The notes under the pieces were generated by a model. The model was not told the DNA's origin. It ran no database searches and saw only the letters and a program-made list of their open reading frames with translations. 64,000 bases of DNA from Antechinus flavipes (taxonomy: Eukaryota). Position numbers and translations under genes: made by a program. Shown here one piece after another: positions 51,656-63,849 of the stretch; position 1 is the stretch's first letter; every line of letters begins with the position of its first letter. The stretch is from assembly GCF_016432865.1 (NCBI RefSeq), contig NC_067401.1, positions 250,170,001 through 250,234,000 on the forward strand, given 5' to 3'.

Positions 51656-52849
51656 TTGCACACAATTATACCACATCTTTATTTCTGTCTATCTCTTTTT
51701 TTACCTCTTCCTGTCTTCCCCCCACAGTATTCTAATATAAAATTTAAAAAATAAAACATCTATATTTGTGCCTGAAGTTTATTGTGGGAAATGTGTAATT
51801 GTTAACTAGATCAAAGATAGGTATGTTAAATATTGAATTACAAACTGCTTCAACTTCAGACAATGTTAAAACAAAATAAAATAAAATATCTTGTAAACAT
51901 TTTAAGAATACTCATTTTTAAAATAAATGCAGATATAAAATCAATTACATTTTATTATATTATCTGTAGGCCCTTTTTAAAAAAACAAACAGAAAACCAA
52001 AATTGAAACGGGACCCCTGCACTCAAATAAGCAGTCTGATTTGTAATTAATGGTTTGAATACTCAGAGCAAGCTTCATAAAAGTCTCCTGAAATCAGCTT
52101 TAAAATCTAAAAAGTGAAAATAATACAAAAAATAGTTTCGATGTATTCAGCAGAGTAGATAGTGTCCTTGTCTTCCATCTGATGGGGATGGAGCACCTCT
52201 AGGAAGTAGAGGAAAGAAGAAGTCCAAATCAGGAAGTAGTTCACTTGGTGGGGAGTTAGAGGAATAGGAAGGGGGGAAGGTAGGAGGATTCAAACTTGGA
52301 AAGTTAATATGAGAAAGCACATTATCTTGTAGTTTAATTATTCTTGTTAAGTAAGCCCAATTGTTTTTATACTGTTACTGGTGGAAATACCATCAAAATG
52401 TAATTTTTATACTTTTAAAATTGCTTGATCTTTTGAAATAATTATTTTACAATTTTTTTTCTCTAAATTTCACTCTTTTGAGGCAGTACCCTATCATAAA
52501 TCCTGGAAAACACTCTGCAGGCTGTAATTGAATAGGCTTCTCTAATAGTAGCACACCTTTTTTTTTTTTTTTTTTCCCTTTTCTGCTCTTTCCACCCTTG
52601 CCCTATACCTCAGAGTTTTTAAGGGGAAAATAGGCCAAATAATTTTAGTAATTACTGTGCTTCCATTGCCAGCTAACATGCAAAAACCTCAGAAAATGAA
52701 ACCCTAAGTTAGTTTTGCAATGTGCATTTTATATTGCACGACAACAATTTAATTTGTAGAGCAACTTTTGCCCATTTTTAAAAAGGAACTTCTAATTACA
52801 ATTTGTGATGGTTTTCTTTACATAGGCATAGTGTATATTAGGATTTTTG

Positions 52850-52851
<2 letters not shown>

Positions 52852-52890
<39 letters not shown>
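52852..52890. repeat. (TG)n microsatellite
   Basis: About 19 perfect units. Confidence 0.95.
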
Positions 52891-52893
<3 letters not shown>

Positions 52894-55800
52894 AAATGAT
52901 AGACTGTATATAACAAATAGATACATTTTTATATAATGTATAAATTTGGAATCCTAACATTTTGCTTTGTACCTTGATAAGTTCTTAATTAAATTCACAT
53001 ATTTAACTTTAGGATAAGATAGATTAATTTCATTGGCTAAATATTTTTATATTGTTTCTATAATATACTGACTTCTCAGTTCATCATCCTATTGACCTAC
53101 AAAACCTTTCTGTCAGCACCCAAACCTATTTTAATGGGTAAGGTTAAATCATGTGGCATTTAAGGCATTCCTTAATTTAACTTAAATTCACCTTTTTTAT
53201 TTTCTATTATACTATTCCTTTTCACCACAAGATGTTCCCTAATATTAGCTCTTACTCTTCCACTTGCATTTATTCACCTGAGATCTCATGCGTAGAACAT
53301 ACACACATATTCTCTTTGGTTTTTGAAATATTTCTTTTCCCCCTTAGATACTTCCATGAAACTTTTCAAGATTTTCCTTTCTTCCATTTCAAAATGCTCT
53401 AATATCTCAAATTTTCTTATAGGTCTCCATTCTCTCTTCTTTTGCTCTTATAATATTGTAAGTTTGTTTTTTTAAGTTATTTATGTTTATCCCTTTCCTC
53501 CTTATTGTAAACTTTTTGAGTTTCAAGGAATGTGTTGTTTTCATTCTTTGTATCTTCAGTTGTTTCACACAATATGTAATACAAAGTAAATACCAAATAA
53601 TTCAGATTAATTTGTGGAAAAATGTATTTCTAAATGAGAAAAATTTAAATAATATTTTATTATATTTAAATATATGTAATCATAGTAATTAAATATTCAA
53701 AAACAGAAATCCTATCAGATCTGCTTCAAAGAAAAGAAAAATCTTTACATATAAATGCCCTATTAGTAACAACTGTTTCTTTAAAGACAAAGAACTTGTA
53801 AACTATTTATGACTCAAATAGGTTAGCTGTTTCTCCTTCAAATTTGTTTTTACTGTTAACATTGTTTCATAAAACCTTTCCTTATTGATGATGGAAAATA
53901 AAACTTTGAACCATTCCACATCAAATTATTCTAATTATTTAGTTACTGGAATTCTAAGTCAATGATTTCTAATAATTTTTACTAATCTTGCAAAGTTTTA
54001 TACTTCAGCTTTTTATTGTGATTAAATTAGAATATATTTATTTATACAACTTAAATTCTAAACAAATCAATAGGCCTGTCATTTATTTAGAAAAGCCAAA
54101 CATGAGTCTTACAAGTTTTGAGGTACTCCCTTGCTTATTTTTGAATCTTATCAATATCCTTAGAGACCTTTGTAGATTGTTGAGGCGCAATAAAAATTTG
54201 CTGCATTGAAGCTCATTAAATGGACATTATAGCAGTTAATTTTGGTATGTGATTTATGAAAACCAAAAGAAAAATAGTAAAAAAAAAACTATTGCATAGG
54301 AGATGTATTATATGTATAATACAATATATTATAAAGTATTGCGAATTCATAATGTGAATATTAGGACATTTTATCTAAGGTTTTGATTTTTTAAGGTAAC
54401 CTCTCAAACTTAATAGAAACATGGTACAAAGGGGCTGTGATAGGGGGGAAGCATTCTTCTCACCAATTTGAAACTAATTTGAAAGGAAAAAAATGAAAGT
54501 ATGGACAAAGTTTAAAAAAATAAGATGAAATTCTTAATGAAATTTTTTAAAAATATAGTTTAAATTGCAAAAATGCAAAAGGACTCAGAATATTTTTGGC
54601 ATTATAGACCACATGAGGGCAATAACATTACTTTCATTGGTCTTTGTGAGCTCAAGCTGCTAAACTGGTTTAGATAGCACAGCATCATGTGGTAGTGTTA
54701 GAATGCTATACTGAAAAAGTCAAAAATGAGCATGGAAATCATGTGCTTTCTAGCTCTTTTAAAATAGCTTTATGGAAATATTTTAAGCTATTTGCTACTG
54801 AACAAATCAAAATGTGGGATTAGGGGGAATGGACTAAATAAACTCCTGTCTTTCAGAGAAAAAAACTATCTCAAAGTAACCTATTGCTGAAGAGTCATTC
54901 CTGTGCATATAGCTTTTTTGGCTTTGTAGTACATATAGAGATGTGTGTATGTGTGTGTGTGTGTGTGCATACCTATTCTCTAAGTAAATTCATTTTAAAT
55001 TTTTACTTAAAAATTTTTTTTATCAGGAAGAATTTTGAAATATAAAATTTGAGAAGCTTTAGTTTCTTTTTTCTGTTTTCCATTAGTGTAATACAATTTT
55101 TTTTAAACAAAAGCACATTTTATCACGAAGAGATTTTAAATGTCAAAATATATTGTATTAAATGCAGCTTAAAGAAATTTAATAAATATATTTTTTCCAG
55201 CCAAAAACTCCTTTGGTAATTGATTGCTTCAAATACATAGTATAGAATATATAAAACACTTTCTGTTGAGGATTGACTTTGTTTGTCTAATCTCTATCCA
55301 AGATCTCCAAGTGGAAATGTTTATGTTTTTATTGGGTTGCTGAGTTGCTGCAATTCTAAGGGAAAATTATATTAGTGCGTGATAAAGCTTATATACAGAA
55401 AGAGAGCTTATATCCTATGACTTCATGATTATAAAATGTAAATTAGGTGTGTTCAGCTGATTTGAATTTTTGTGATTCCTAATTGAGTTTGTGATGGAGT
55501 GTTTTCAAATGAGATTATAGATTCTAGCATTTGTTTTTTACTTTTGTTTCTGTTTTTATCTAGCTTTAAAGAAGTGATGTAGAAATATTAGGGAAAAATG
55601 CAATGATCATTATCACTTTTAAAAAGTTCTATCAAATTATAAGTTGTGAACTTTTTATATTTTAAATTATGACTTAGATTTATTCTGATTTTATGTCTGC
55701 AGAAGTCATTCTTTGGGAAAAAAATGGGAACTTTTCTCTGAACATACTTTTATTCTGACATAATTGTCATTACTGGTCACCTAACAAAGTTAGATTGCAT

Positions 55801-57664
55801 CTTGCTCTGACAATTGAAACCAGAAATTTTAATTTTGAAAAATGTGCTTGTTTCACATTTTAAGTTATTTAAAATAATTTTGAATTTTTATGATAACCTA
55901 AAAAAATCTTCTCAATTATATGAATACCAACTCCAAATCACTAGTAATTTTCCATATGGGAAATTTTTTTTATGCTGACCGATATTGAAGATTTCTCAAT
56001 TATCTTGAATATCAGTGCTCACATTGCATTAAGAATATAATTTCAGATGAAAGTTGTTGCTAGAATATTCAAATTTCACTTTAAATTTTAAGGTGTACTT
56101 TAAGGTGTATTCTTAATATTCTTGATTTTGCTTTAATTATTTTAATTACTACATGTTTCTACTTGTTCTGTTTTTAGCAATATTTATTGAGCATATTAGA
56201 ATATCTGATTTATATTTCTTGTGTCTTAGTGACACTTTAATTGGAGACAAATTTTCCATCTGTAGTTTAGTTGGGAGGATAGGATATGAAAACCACATAC
56301 AAAGAATTTGATGGTTGAAAATTTGTTTTAAAGTATTATAGGAATTTTTTTAAAGTAATGTTTCAGATCATGAAAATTGTTGGTGATATTTGAAACATAT
56401 GTTTAAAAATATCAAAACGAGGAGAACTGCAACAAAAACAATTGAAACCAAATAATGCAAAATTATAACCAAGAGTGACCTCAAAGATAAGCTAGGAGAT
56501 GCTGTTACTTCTGCATCTTTGTAGTTGGGGAAGATATGGATGTTAAATATAGAGTATAAATCTCTCCCAGAAGTCATTTATTTTCTCTGAACTTTTCCCC
56601 CTTATTTTTATTCTTTATTATAGGATTGGCTCCTTAGGAGGGGAAGAGTAGGATACATTATAAAATGTAGGTGATGTAGAAACAAAATGTATCAATAATT
56701 TAAAAAAATAAAAAGAAATGAAATACCTTTTTCATTAGGAAGGATTTTTTAAAAATGAACATTATTGAAGGTTTAATTCAGCAGCAAAATTGATTTTCCC
56801 TTGTTCAGGGTAGTGCCTTCACAGGTTTCTATGACTCATTTGTTGAAGAAGTGTGATTCAGTATAACACAATCTGTTTCCTCATCTACTGGCTATTCTGA
56901 CCATTGGCAAATTTTCTTAACAAATTTAAAATAATATGTCATACTTATGTATAGCTTCATGTTGGAAATTGATTCCACAGGAGTGAAAGTTTTGAACTTA
57001 GGTAATAGAAATTAAAGTGTGTTTGATGTACACTAAAGTATTTCATTGTGGAAACTAATAAATGCATCAAAGACTATTAGTGTCTTATAAATAGATCTAT
57101 AGAGATCTATTTATATAGATAAATATAAATTTATTTATATTCATGTGCTTTTAATTAGGAACTTTACTAATTACGTGTAGAGGCTAAATCTCTCCTTTAC
57201 ATTCTTATTCCACACTAAAAAATTAATGAAAGCTAAATATTTGGTATAGTAGAGCATTGAGCTCTGAAGTCAGAAGATTTTGGTTATGTGCCTAATCATG
57301 TCCAGCTTTCACCACTTGGGTACCTCTCTTTATCTCTGTAAACCTCAGAGACCTAATTTGTTCAATAAGAATACTTCACAAAGGTTTTATAAGGAAACCC
57401 CATTTTAAATTGTAATTTTTATATTGATATATGTTATTGATATGAATAAAGATAATGATGGCCATTTATATAACAGAGTATGCTTCCATTTTAATAGATT
57501 TCTTTAGGTTATTTTATATAATTGGTTTTCTTGTTCAAGAGAAATGTCTCTGTAAACTATGTGACCTAATATTCGTGATTCCTCTCTGTGGCTGAATTGT
57601 TTTTCAGAATCAAATTAATGTTCTGATATTTCACATGGTGTTAATAGTAATATAAGTATTATAT

Positions 57665-57920
57665 GGAGCAGCTGGGTGATACCATAGACAGATAGAGAAC
57701 TGGACTTAGCATCAGGAAGACTCAGCTTTCTGAGTTCAAATCTGGCCTCAGACATTTGCTGGCTGTGTGGCTTTGGGTAAGTTACTTAAGCCTGTTTGCC
57801 TCAGTTCTTTTAAATGAGCTGAAGAAGAAAATGGCAGACAACTCTAGTATCTTTGCCAAGGAAATCCTAAATAGAGTGGCAAAGAGCTGGACATGACTGA
57901 AATAATTGAATGATAACAAC
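57665..57920 (+). mobile_element. Marsupial CORE-SINE (Mar1-like)
   Basis: ggagcagctgggtgatacc..ctgagttcaaatctggcctcagacattt..gcctcagttc..agtatctttgccaaggaaatcc..gagctggacatgactgaa. Confidence 0.8.
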
Positions 57921-58849
57921 AATACTTATATAGCAGTTCATATTTTCAAAGAAACTTAAAATGTAAATAGCTCTTATTACTCTGCAACTTAACTTTGAGA
58001 TTATAATTTTCATGTTTACACAGATAAGGACATTCAGATTTAGGATTTTATTAAATGCTCCAGTAAATAGTATGTGCCCATTTTTGCTCACAGTGTTTCT
58101 CATTATGCCACATTTCACTTATAATACCAGAATTCCAGACTGGATGTGCTATCTTTATCTAAACTATAGAGAAATTGAAAAAAGAAATACATCAGCTGAA
58201 AGCAATTATATGATACAGAAAATATTTTTTTTTGAATCCCACTTAAAACTTTCCTCCTCAGAGATCACATTTGAAGGTAGCTCACATCTAAATAGTGGAA
58301 TAGTTTCAATGTTAAAATAGTTTACATCTCTTAAAAATAGGTAGGATGACCATATTTCATTTGAGAATTTACTTTGAAAGAGTTTATTTTCTCAGTATTT
58401 CTTTAAATTGAAATGTGATGCTTGTTTTGACCCTCTATCAGATCCATTTCCTACCTGTTGGTTGATGATATGTCAGATATAGAAAGTAGTCCAGTTAAAA
58501 TTCTTTACTTTACTTTAGGATTTCATTTGTCTTCCCTCTGCCCTATCTTACCTAAATATTACCGCCTTCAATACTGAATAATATTTTGTTTGCTCTTTTT
58601 ATCTCTCCAGATCTTACCTTCTTTTCCCTTCCATCTTCAATCTAGACAATCTTAGTTTTCCTAACTCTAGCTTTCCTAGTGAAACTCTTAATTTCATAGA
58701 CCATATCCTGATACTCCTTGTTTCTTTTTTTGGGCTCCCAAGCCTAACCTAGTTCTCTTTATGTTTTCCTTCACCAACAATACTTGTTATTTTACTTCTC
58801 AGTTTCCTGTTTTGTTTTTTTTTTAAATCTCCACATATAGAGATTACTA

Positions 58850-59420
58850 TAATATATCAAGAAATGATTTGCTGTGACCAAATTGAATTCATCCTTTTGA
58901 AACACTGATGGCTCAACATCAAGAAGACAATTTGTACAATTATCTCAATAAAAACAAAATTTTAAAGCCTAATAATTATTCTAATAGATGCATAAAAGCC
59001 TCAGACTACATACAGTATGTGTTCATGTTAAAAAAAAATCCAACAAATTCTTAATAACAAAGGCAGGGAAAAACCATTCTTTAATATAGTCAAATGCACA
59101 TGCCTGAAACTAAGAATGTAAACAGATCTAAAACAAAAATATTTCCTCTCCTTACTGTTAGTTAACATATTTCTAGAAATATTACCAATAGCAATAAGAC
59201 AAAAGAAAAAATGAAGGATTTACACATCAGCTAAAAGAAGATAAAATGATTTCTATGAAGATATGATGATGAATCTAGAGAAGCCCAGAAAAAAACAGCA
59301 AGAAAATTAGTTGAGAAGGTTAACACGTTCAATAATGTAACTAGATACAAGATAAAATTATAAAAATCATACTTATTTCTCTGCAATGTTAACAAAAATC
59401 AGATAGAAATAAAAAGGTTA
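58850..59420 (+). mobile_element. Highly degenerate L1 ORF2 RT-domain fragment
   Basis: gaccaaattgaattcatcc (DQVGFIP-like), aatagatgcataaaagcc (IDAEKA-like), cctctcccttactgtt..aacata..ctagaa (PLSPLLFNIVLE-like) and gaagatatgatg (ADDM-like). Confidence 0.7.
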
Positions 59421-60269
59421 TCTATTTGTCAGGTTTTATTAAGTCACAGTGATTATCCTTTGCCATATATGTGGTTTGAATTCATGTCCATTTTGTACCT
59501 AGTAGAACAATGAATTTTAAAAAAATATGCAGAGAAGATAGAAATTGAGAAAATAAGTCATGGGTGCTGAAGATTACTATCTAAAAATGTTGAGTAAGTG
59601 AAAAATAAAAACATTTTCTTTATTAAGAGTTTTGCAACAAATTGACATTGCCGTTTTATTTATATTTTAACTTAGAAACTCATCTTAAAATCTTAACATT
59701 TTATAACTTTTATTCTGAATCTAAATCTCTCATTTATATAAAGTTTATTTTAGAAAACATTTCTCTCTGTAGTCTTACAGAAGTTAGGAGCACTGTATTT
59801 GTTTAATGTTTTGTACAATTGGTAACCATTTTCAGATGATTTGATTTCCCCTGCTACTTATTTAAGAATAATATAAGAACAATATTTTGCTTAGATACTG
59901 TTGAAAAATGAACTTTTGGTCAGAAATAAGGAGAATTGGGTAATACTTGGAAATCACTTTGAAAGTGGAAAGTACTATTTAGTGTGGATGTTGAGTATTA
60001 TTTCTGGCATGGGGTTGATTTATGGTAGAAATACTAAAATTGGATCTGTATGTATATTATCCACAGACAAAATTGAAAAATTTAACTGTAGAATGCTGTT
60101 TAATTTTTCTTTTAAATTAACCAAGGACATTTTTAATGGGGGTAAGTCAGCTATAGGACTTTTCTTATTTAGTAATTTATCAAAACTCACCATTTTCAAA
60201 ATTGTGATTTGTGATCTTTAAGTTTAAAAAAATGAAATGATTAAAATTAACTTCAGTTTTTGTTTTTAG

Positions 60270-60410
<141 letters not shown>

Positions 60411-60418
60411 TCAAATAG

Positions 60419-61301
60419 GTAGTATATTTTCTGTTTTTTGAAAAAAGCAAACATTTGTTATGTTAAATTTTTTATGAGAGAAAAGTTATTTTTATAAGTA
60501 AATTACATACATTGTAAATTAGTGAAATTTCATGTTATCAGCTGTTTGGCTATATTTAATAAAATTCCTTATCTCTGTCAGTTATTAAAATATATTAGAT
60601 TATGTATACAATGTCATTATATTATTTCTTGTAAAAACAATTTGCATTTCATTCTATGCAGCACAAGATTTTCAAAAGCAAATGAGAATTAATTCTTGAT
60701 GAAAACATGGAGCCTCTGTTCCTCTAATTTTTAGGTTCAAAAAGTAAATTTATCTAAGCCTACCAGAGGAACTATTTGGGACATGAGAATGCAATGCATG
60801 AGGGGAAGAGAATAATATAATGCCTCTCCTCTTTTACTCCATGCACAATGTCACTGGGTCTAATAATTCCATTTTGAAATTAGGGCTATAGTTATACATT
60901 AGATCTGGCTAGCAGTTCACACATAATTTCTCAGACTCCTGGCTATAGTTTTGATGAGAAGCCTTTTTAAGTAACTACAAAAGTTGGGCTTCTTGGACAA
61001 TGGTGGCATTAGCCAGGTGTTTCAGGCTACTTCTAAATAAGACATTCTTGCTTTAAAATGGGTCCTCAAAAAGAGTTTAATATTGTTTATACCAAAAGCA
61101 CAATAAAGAAAAAATAGTTATTCCACTCATCAAATCAAATTATGTATAAAATGACATAATTGTGGGACTAAGAGGCATATATATATATTATATATATAAT
61201 TATTATATATAATATATAATAATTATATATATAATATATATATATAATTATTATGCCAGTTGATCTTAATCTGTATGCTTTATTATTGTTTTCTTTTACA
61301 G
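60419..61301 (+). other. BCKDHB: 3'-UTR intron (alternatively spliced or retained) beginning 8 nt after the stop codon
   Basis: Donor TGAtcaaatag|GTagta at 60418/60419. Branch-like CTTAAT at 61265-61270, a polypyrimidine tract, and the acceptor ttttcttttacAG ending at 61301. The layout matches the human gene, where a non-coding exon 11 is spliced on a few nt after the stop. Confidence 0.8.
61178..61255. repeat. (TA)-rich quasi-palindromic low-complexity tract inside the 3'-UTR intron
   Basis: About 75 bp composed only of A and T in TA, TAA and TTA arrays. Confidence 0.9.
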
Positions 61302-61740
61302 AGGCTAGAAGAATGGAACTAGATGCAAAAGTATTTTAATGGACTTTGATATTTACTCAAATTTATCTCTTCTTCACATGAACTTCATATGAAACCATCT
61401 ATCCTGGATATTGATCAAGAGGAAACTAAAGCTCAGAATTCTCTGTATTAGCAAATACAAAAAGAATATGTCAAGTAGTGAATAGTTTAATATGGGCTTT
61501 TAAAATTTTTTCATATACTGTGGTTATAAAACTGTTGTTTATATAACCTTGCTTGGTTACATCATTAAATAATTTCTCTGTAAATAGGGGACAATATTCA
61601 ATAAAGCTTTTTTAGGTTATCAGGTTTTTTTTTTTTTCCCCTCAAGAGTTTCTAATAAAATCCCAAATTGTGAAATCCCAAAATTGTGAAGCATAAATTG
61701 GTTGTTGATTAAGTCATAATAAATATGAAATAGAGATTGA
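61302..61740 (+). other. BCKDHB: Non-coding terminal exon (3'-UTR, exon 11 equivalent); 3' end approximate
   Basis: Starts AGGCTAGAAGAATGGAACTAGATGCAAAAG, which resembles the human exon 11 start as I recall it (AAAAGCTGGAAGATTATGACTAGATATGGAAA). It is followed by repeat-free AT-rich sequence with clustered AATAAA. Confidence 0.68.
61600..61723 (+). terminator. Cluster of candidate polyadenylation signals
   Basis: AATAAA at 61600-61605, 61654-61659 and 61718-61723. A T-rich tract at 61625-61637 lies downstream of the first. Confidence 0.5.
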
Positions 61741-61871
61741 TTTGGACTTTCTGACTTTAGACTGCTATACCCAGGATTATTTTTTTAGCCAACATAGTTT
61801 TCTCTCTTCAAGATTTCTTTGATATCTGGCCTAATTCTCCTCTGCAGCCTCAATAAGGTGTCACAATAGTG

Positions 61872-61987
61872 TCTTTTCTTCCTTTGTCTCTATCTCTCCC
61901 TCTTTCCTTCCTTCTCTCCTTCTTTCTCTTTCTCTCTTCCCCCTCTTTCTTATTTTCCCTCTCTCTCCCTTCCTCCTTTCCTTCTTC
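61872..61987. repeat. CT-rich polypyrimidine simple repeat
   Basis: About 115 bp almost exclusively C and T. Confidence 0.9.
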
Positions 61988-62326
61988 TGTGAAGACCGTG
62001 TATTTAAAATCAGCCGGAGTCAGGAATTCAGGTTATGGTCAATCTTTATTCTTTTTGAGATGAAAGGGGATTGCGATAGCAATATGGGCAGCTGTGACAG
62101 GAAGCCAGCCAGCAGAGGTGAAGGGGGATTGCAGGTGAAAGGGGTGGGGTCGCGATAGCAATGCGAGCACTGTGTCAAGATGCCAGCCAGCAGTCTCTCT
62201 TTTTGCCTCTCCACCCTCTGCCTCCACCCACCAAAATCATCATTTGCTATACAACACATCAGGATTTGCACAAAGAGTGGGCGGGGCCATTCTTTCTCCA
62301 AGCATATACGTTAATAGAGTATGGTC
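61988..62326 (-). mobile_element. ERV LTR, same family as 5422-5785, missing about 65 bp of its 5' end
   Basis: Its reverse complement matches 5487-5785 (GACCATACTCTATTAA..GGAGAAAGAATGGCCCC..CTGACTCCGGCTGATTTTAAATACACG..ACA). Homology stops abruptly at 62326. Confidence 0.9.
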
Positions 62327-63068
62327 TGTGGTGTTTTTCTTCTTTAAAATTATAGTTCTCTCTGGGAGAAAGCAGGTTTCTTGGGGAGGTTTTCTGGAGG
62401 CAGCTTTAGTTGCAGTTCAGATCAATAATTACCCCAAACACAGCCAGGTGATAAAAGTTCAGATCTTTTATTGTCTCTAATATAGCCCGGTTAACTTAGA
62501 GGCCTAAATCTCTGCTTGGTTCCAAGAGCTCTTGCAGCTTTGTCCTTTGCTTCTGGCTCTGCTTTCTTCAGCTTCCAGCGCCAGCACCAAGTTGAATCTG
62601 TCTTGCCTCTGAGAGAGAGCTTCTGGCTCTCAATCTCCCAGAGTGCTCCTCTCTGACCCCAGTCAATGTTCCGAAGTAAGTCTCCCCACTCAGAGAGGGC
62701 TTCTGGCTGAACTCACTTCTTGCTCCCTTCTCAATCTAAATTCAGCTCCACTTTCTTCTGCCACCAGCCAGCCAATTGGAAAATGGAATGAATCTCTCTC
62801 TAATTGGGCCTCTGCTTTCTTCTTATATATCAGAGAGTGGGATTATGGGTTTTCTCCCAGTGTGCTTTCTGGCCCTAAGAGCTTCAAGGGAGGTGTGAAT
62901 TCACAAAGTTACACAGTTAACTTTGTTAATCTCCCATACTTGTGAATTCCAATGAGTAAAGGTGTAAACACAAGCATTGTATCAATTAGTTCTACTTAGT
63001 ACCTTGTTTTAGGTTCTGGCCCAAAACATCTCAACTCTAATGACTTAACAGTTTGTAAAGATTCCAAC
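62327..63068 (-). mobile_element. Second-family ERV LTR (about 740 bp) abutting or nested in the LTR at 61988-62326
   Basis: Begins TGTGGTG on + (..CACCACA 3' end on -). It has a minus-strand AATAAA (forward ttttatt near 62466-62472) and a minus-strand TATATAA near 62823-62829. It ends GATTCCAAC at the gap (5' end TGTTGGAATC on -). It is homologous to 2138-2300. Confidence 0.82.
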
Positions 63069-63203
63069 NNNNNNNNNNNNNNNNNNNNNNNNNNNNNNNN
63101 NNNNNNNNNNNNNNNNNNNNNNNNNNNNNNNNNNNNNNNNNNNNNNNNNNNNNNNNNNNNNNNNNNNNNNNNNNNNNNNNNNNNNNNNNNNNNNNNNNNN
63201 NNN
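63069..63203. other. Assembly gap (N run)
   Basis: 135 N immediately after the LTR 5' end. Confidence 0.99.
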
Positions 63204-63849
63204 TAATAGGCATAAATACACATGAACATGAGTAGCTTAGTAATAACTCTATCTTCTAATGTAGATTGCAACCCAAGTAACAGTATATGAATCCCCAGAA
63301 ATATCTGGAAGCATAAAGAGATTAATTTCAGGAATCCATATCTATTAAGTGTCAGAGGCGGCAGGTATTAGAATCCAGATCACATTGATTCAAAGTCCAA
63401 CTCTCTGTTATACCACATTACTTCTCTAAAAATATTATAAACTGAATATACTCAACAAATTCAAATATATCCGTAGTTCAAAAAAAGATTGCTGTATATC
63501 TCCAGATAAACATAGCACGAATAAGTTTGACAATTCTTAGCTATCTTCTGATCCCATAAACTTTTCTTTGTGTATTTAAAATTATTATTTATTTTATAGT
63601 ATTTTATTAGTATTTAGTATTAGTATATAGTAAATGGTACTAAATAGTATTTAATATGCAAAGATAAAAAAAAAATTATACCTATCTTTGATTAGAGGAG
63701 GGACAGATTAGCAAAATTTCTAGTACTTTTTTTTTTTTTTTTGGCTTTCTTGCTTTCTTTCTTCCCACTAGAATCTTGTTTCTGAATAAGTATATGTAGG
63801 CTAGTGGAATAAAAACTATTTTTTGGTCATTTTAAGGTTTGGAGAACTC

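Larger units (their letters stand above)
1..60269 (+). other. BCKDHB: 3' part of the large BCKDHB intron preceding the last coding exon (intron 9 by human numbering)
   Basis: No upstream BCKDHB exon ([29 protein letters not shown]-like) is recognisable in the window. The sequence is repeat-rich and ends at a canonical acceptor. The human intron at this position is also tens of kb long. Confidence 0.8.

Noticed and set aside
54304-54323. 9-bp AT-rich inverted repeat TGTATTATA-TG-TATAATACA
   Set aside because: Short, low-complexity and expected by chance in this composition.
54608-54693. 9-bp inverted repeat ACCACATGA/TCATGTGGT around a TAGCACAGCA word, considered as a pre-miRNA or snoRNA
   Set aside because: The interior does not pair into a continuous hairpin, the seed does not match a family I recognise, and no box C/D or H/ACA layout is evident.
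1-60269. Search for upstream BCKDHB exons, tRNA/rRNA/snRNA genes, NUMTs, recognisable endogenous non-retroviral virus ORFs and CRISPR-like arrays
   Set aside because: None was recognisable by eye. The tRNA-like boxes seen belong to SINE heads, and the sequence is eukaryotic with no repeat-spacer arrays.
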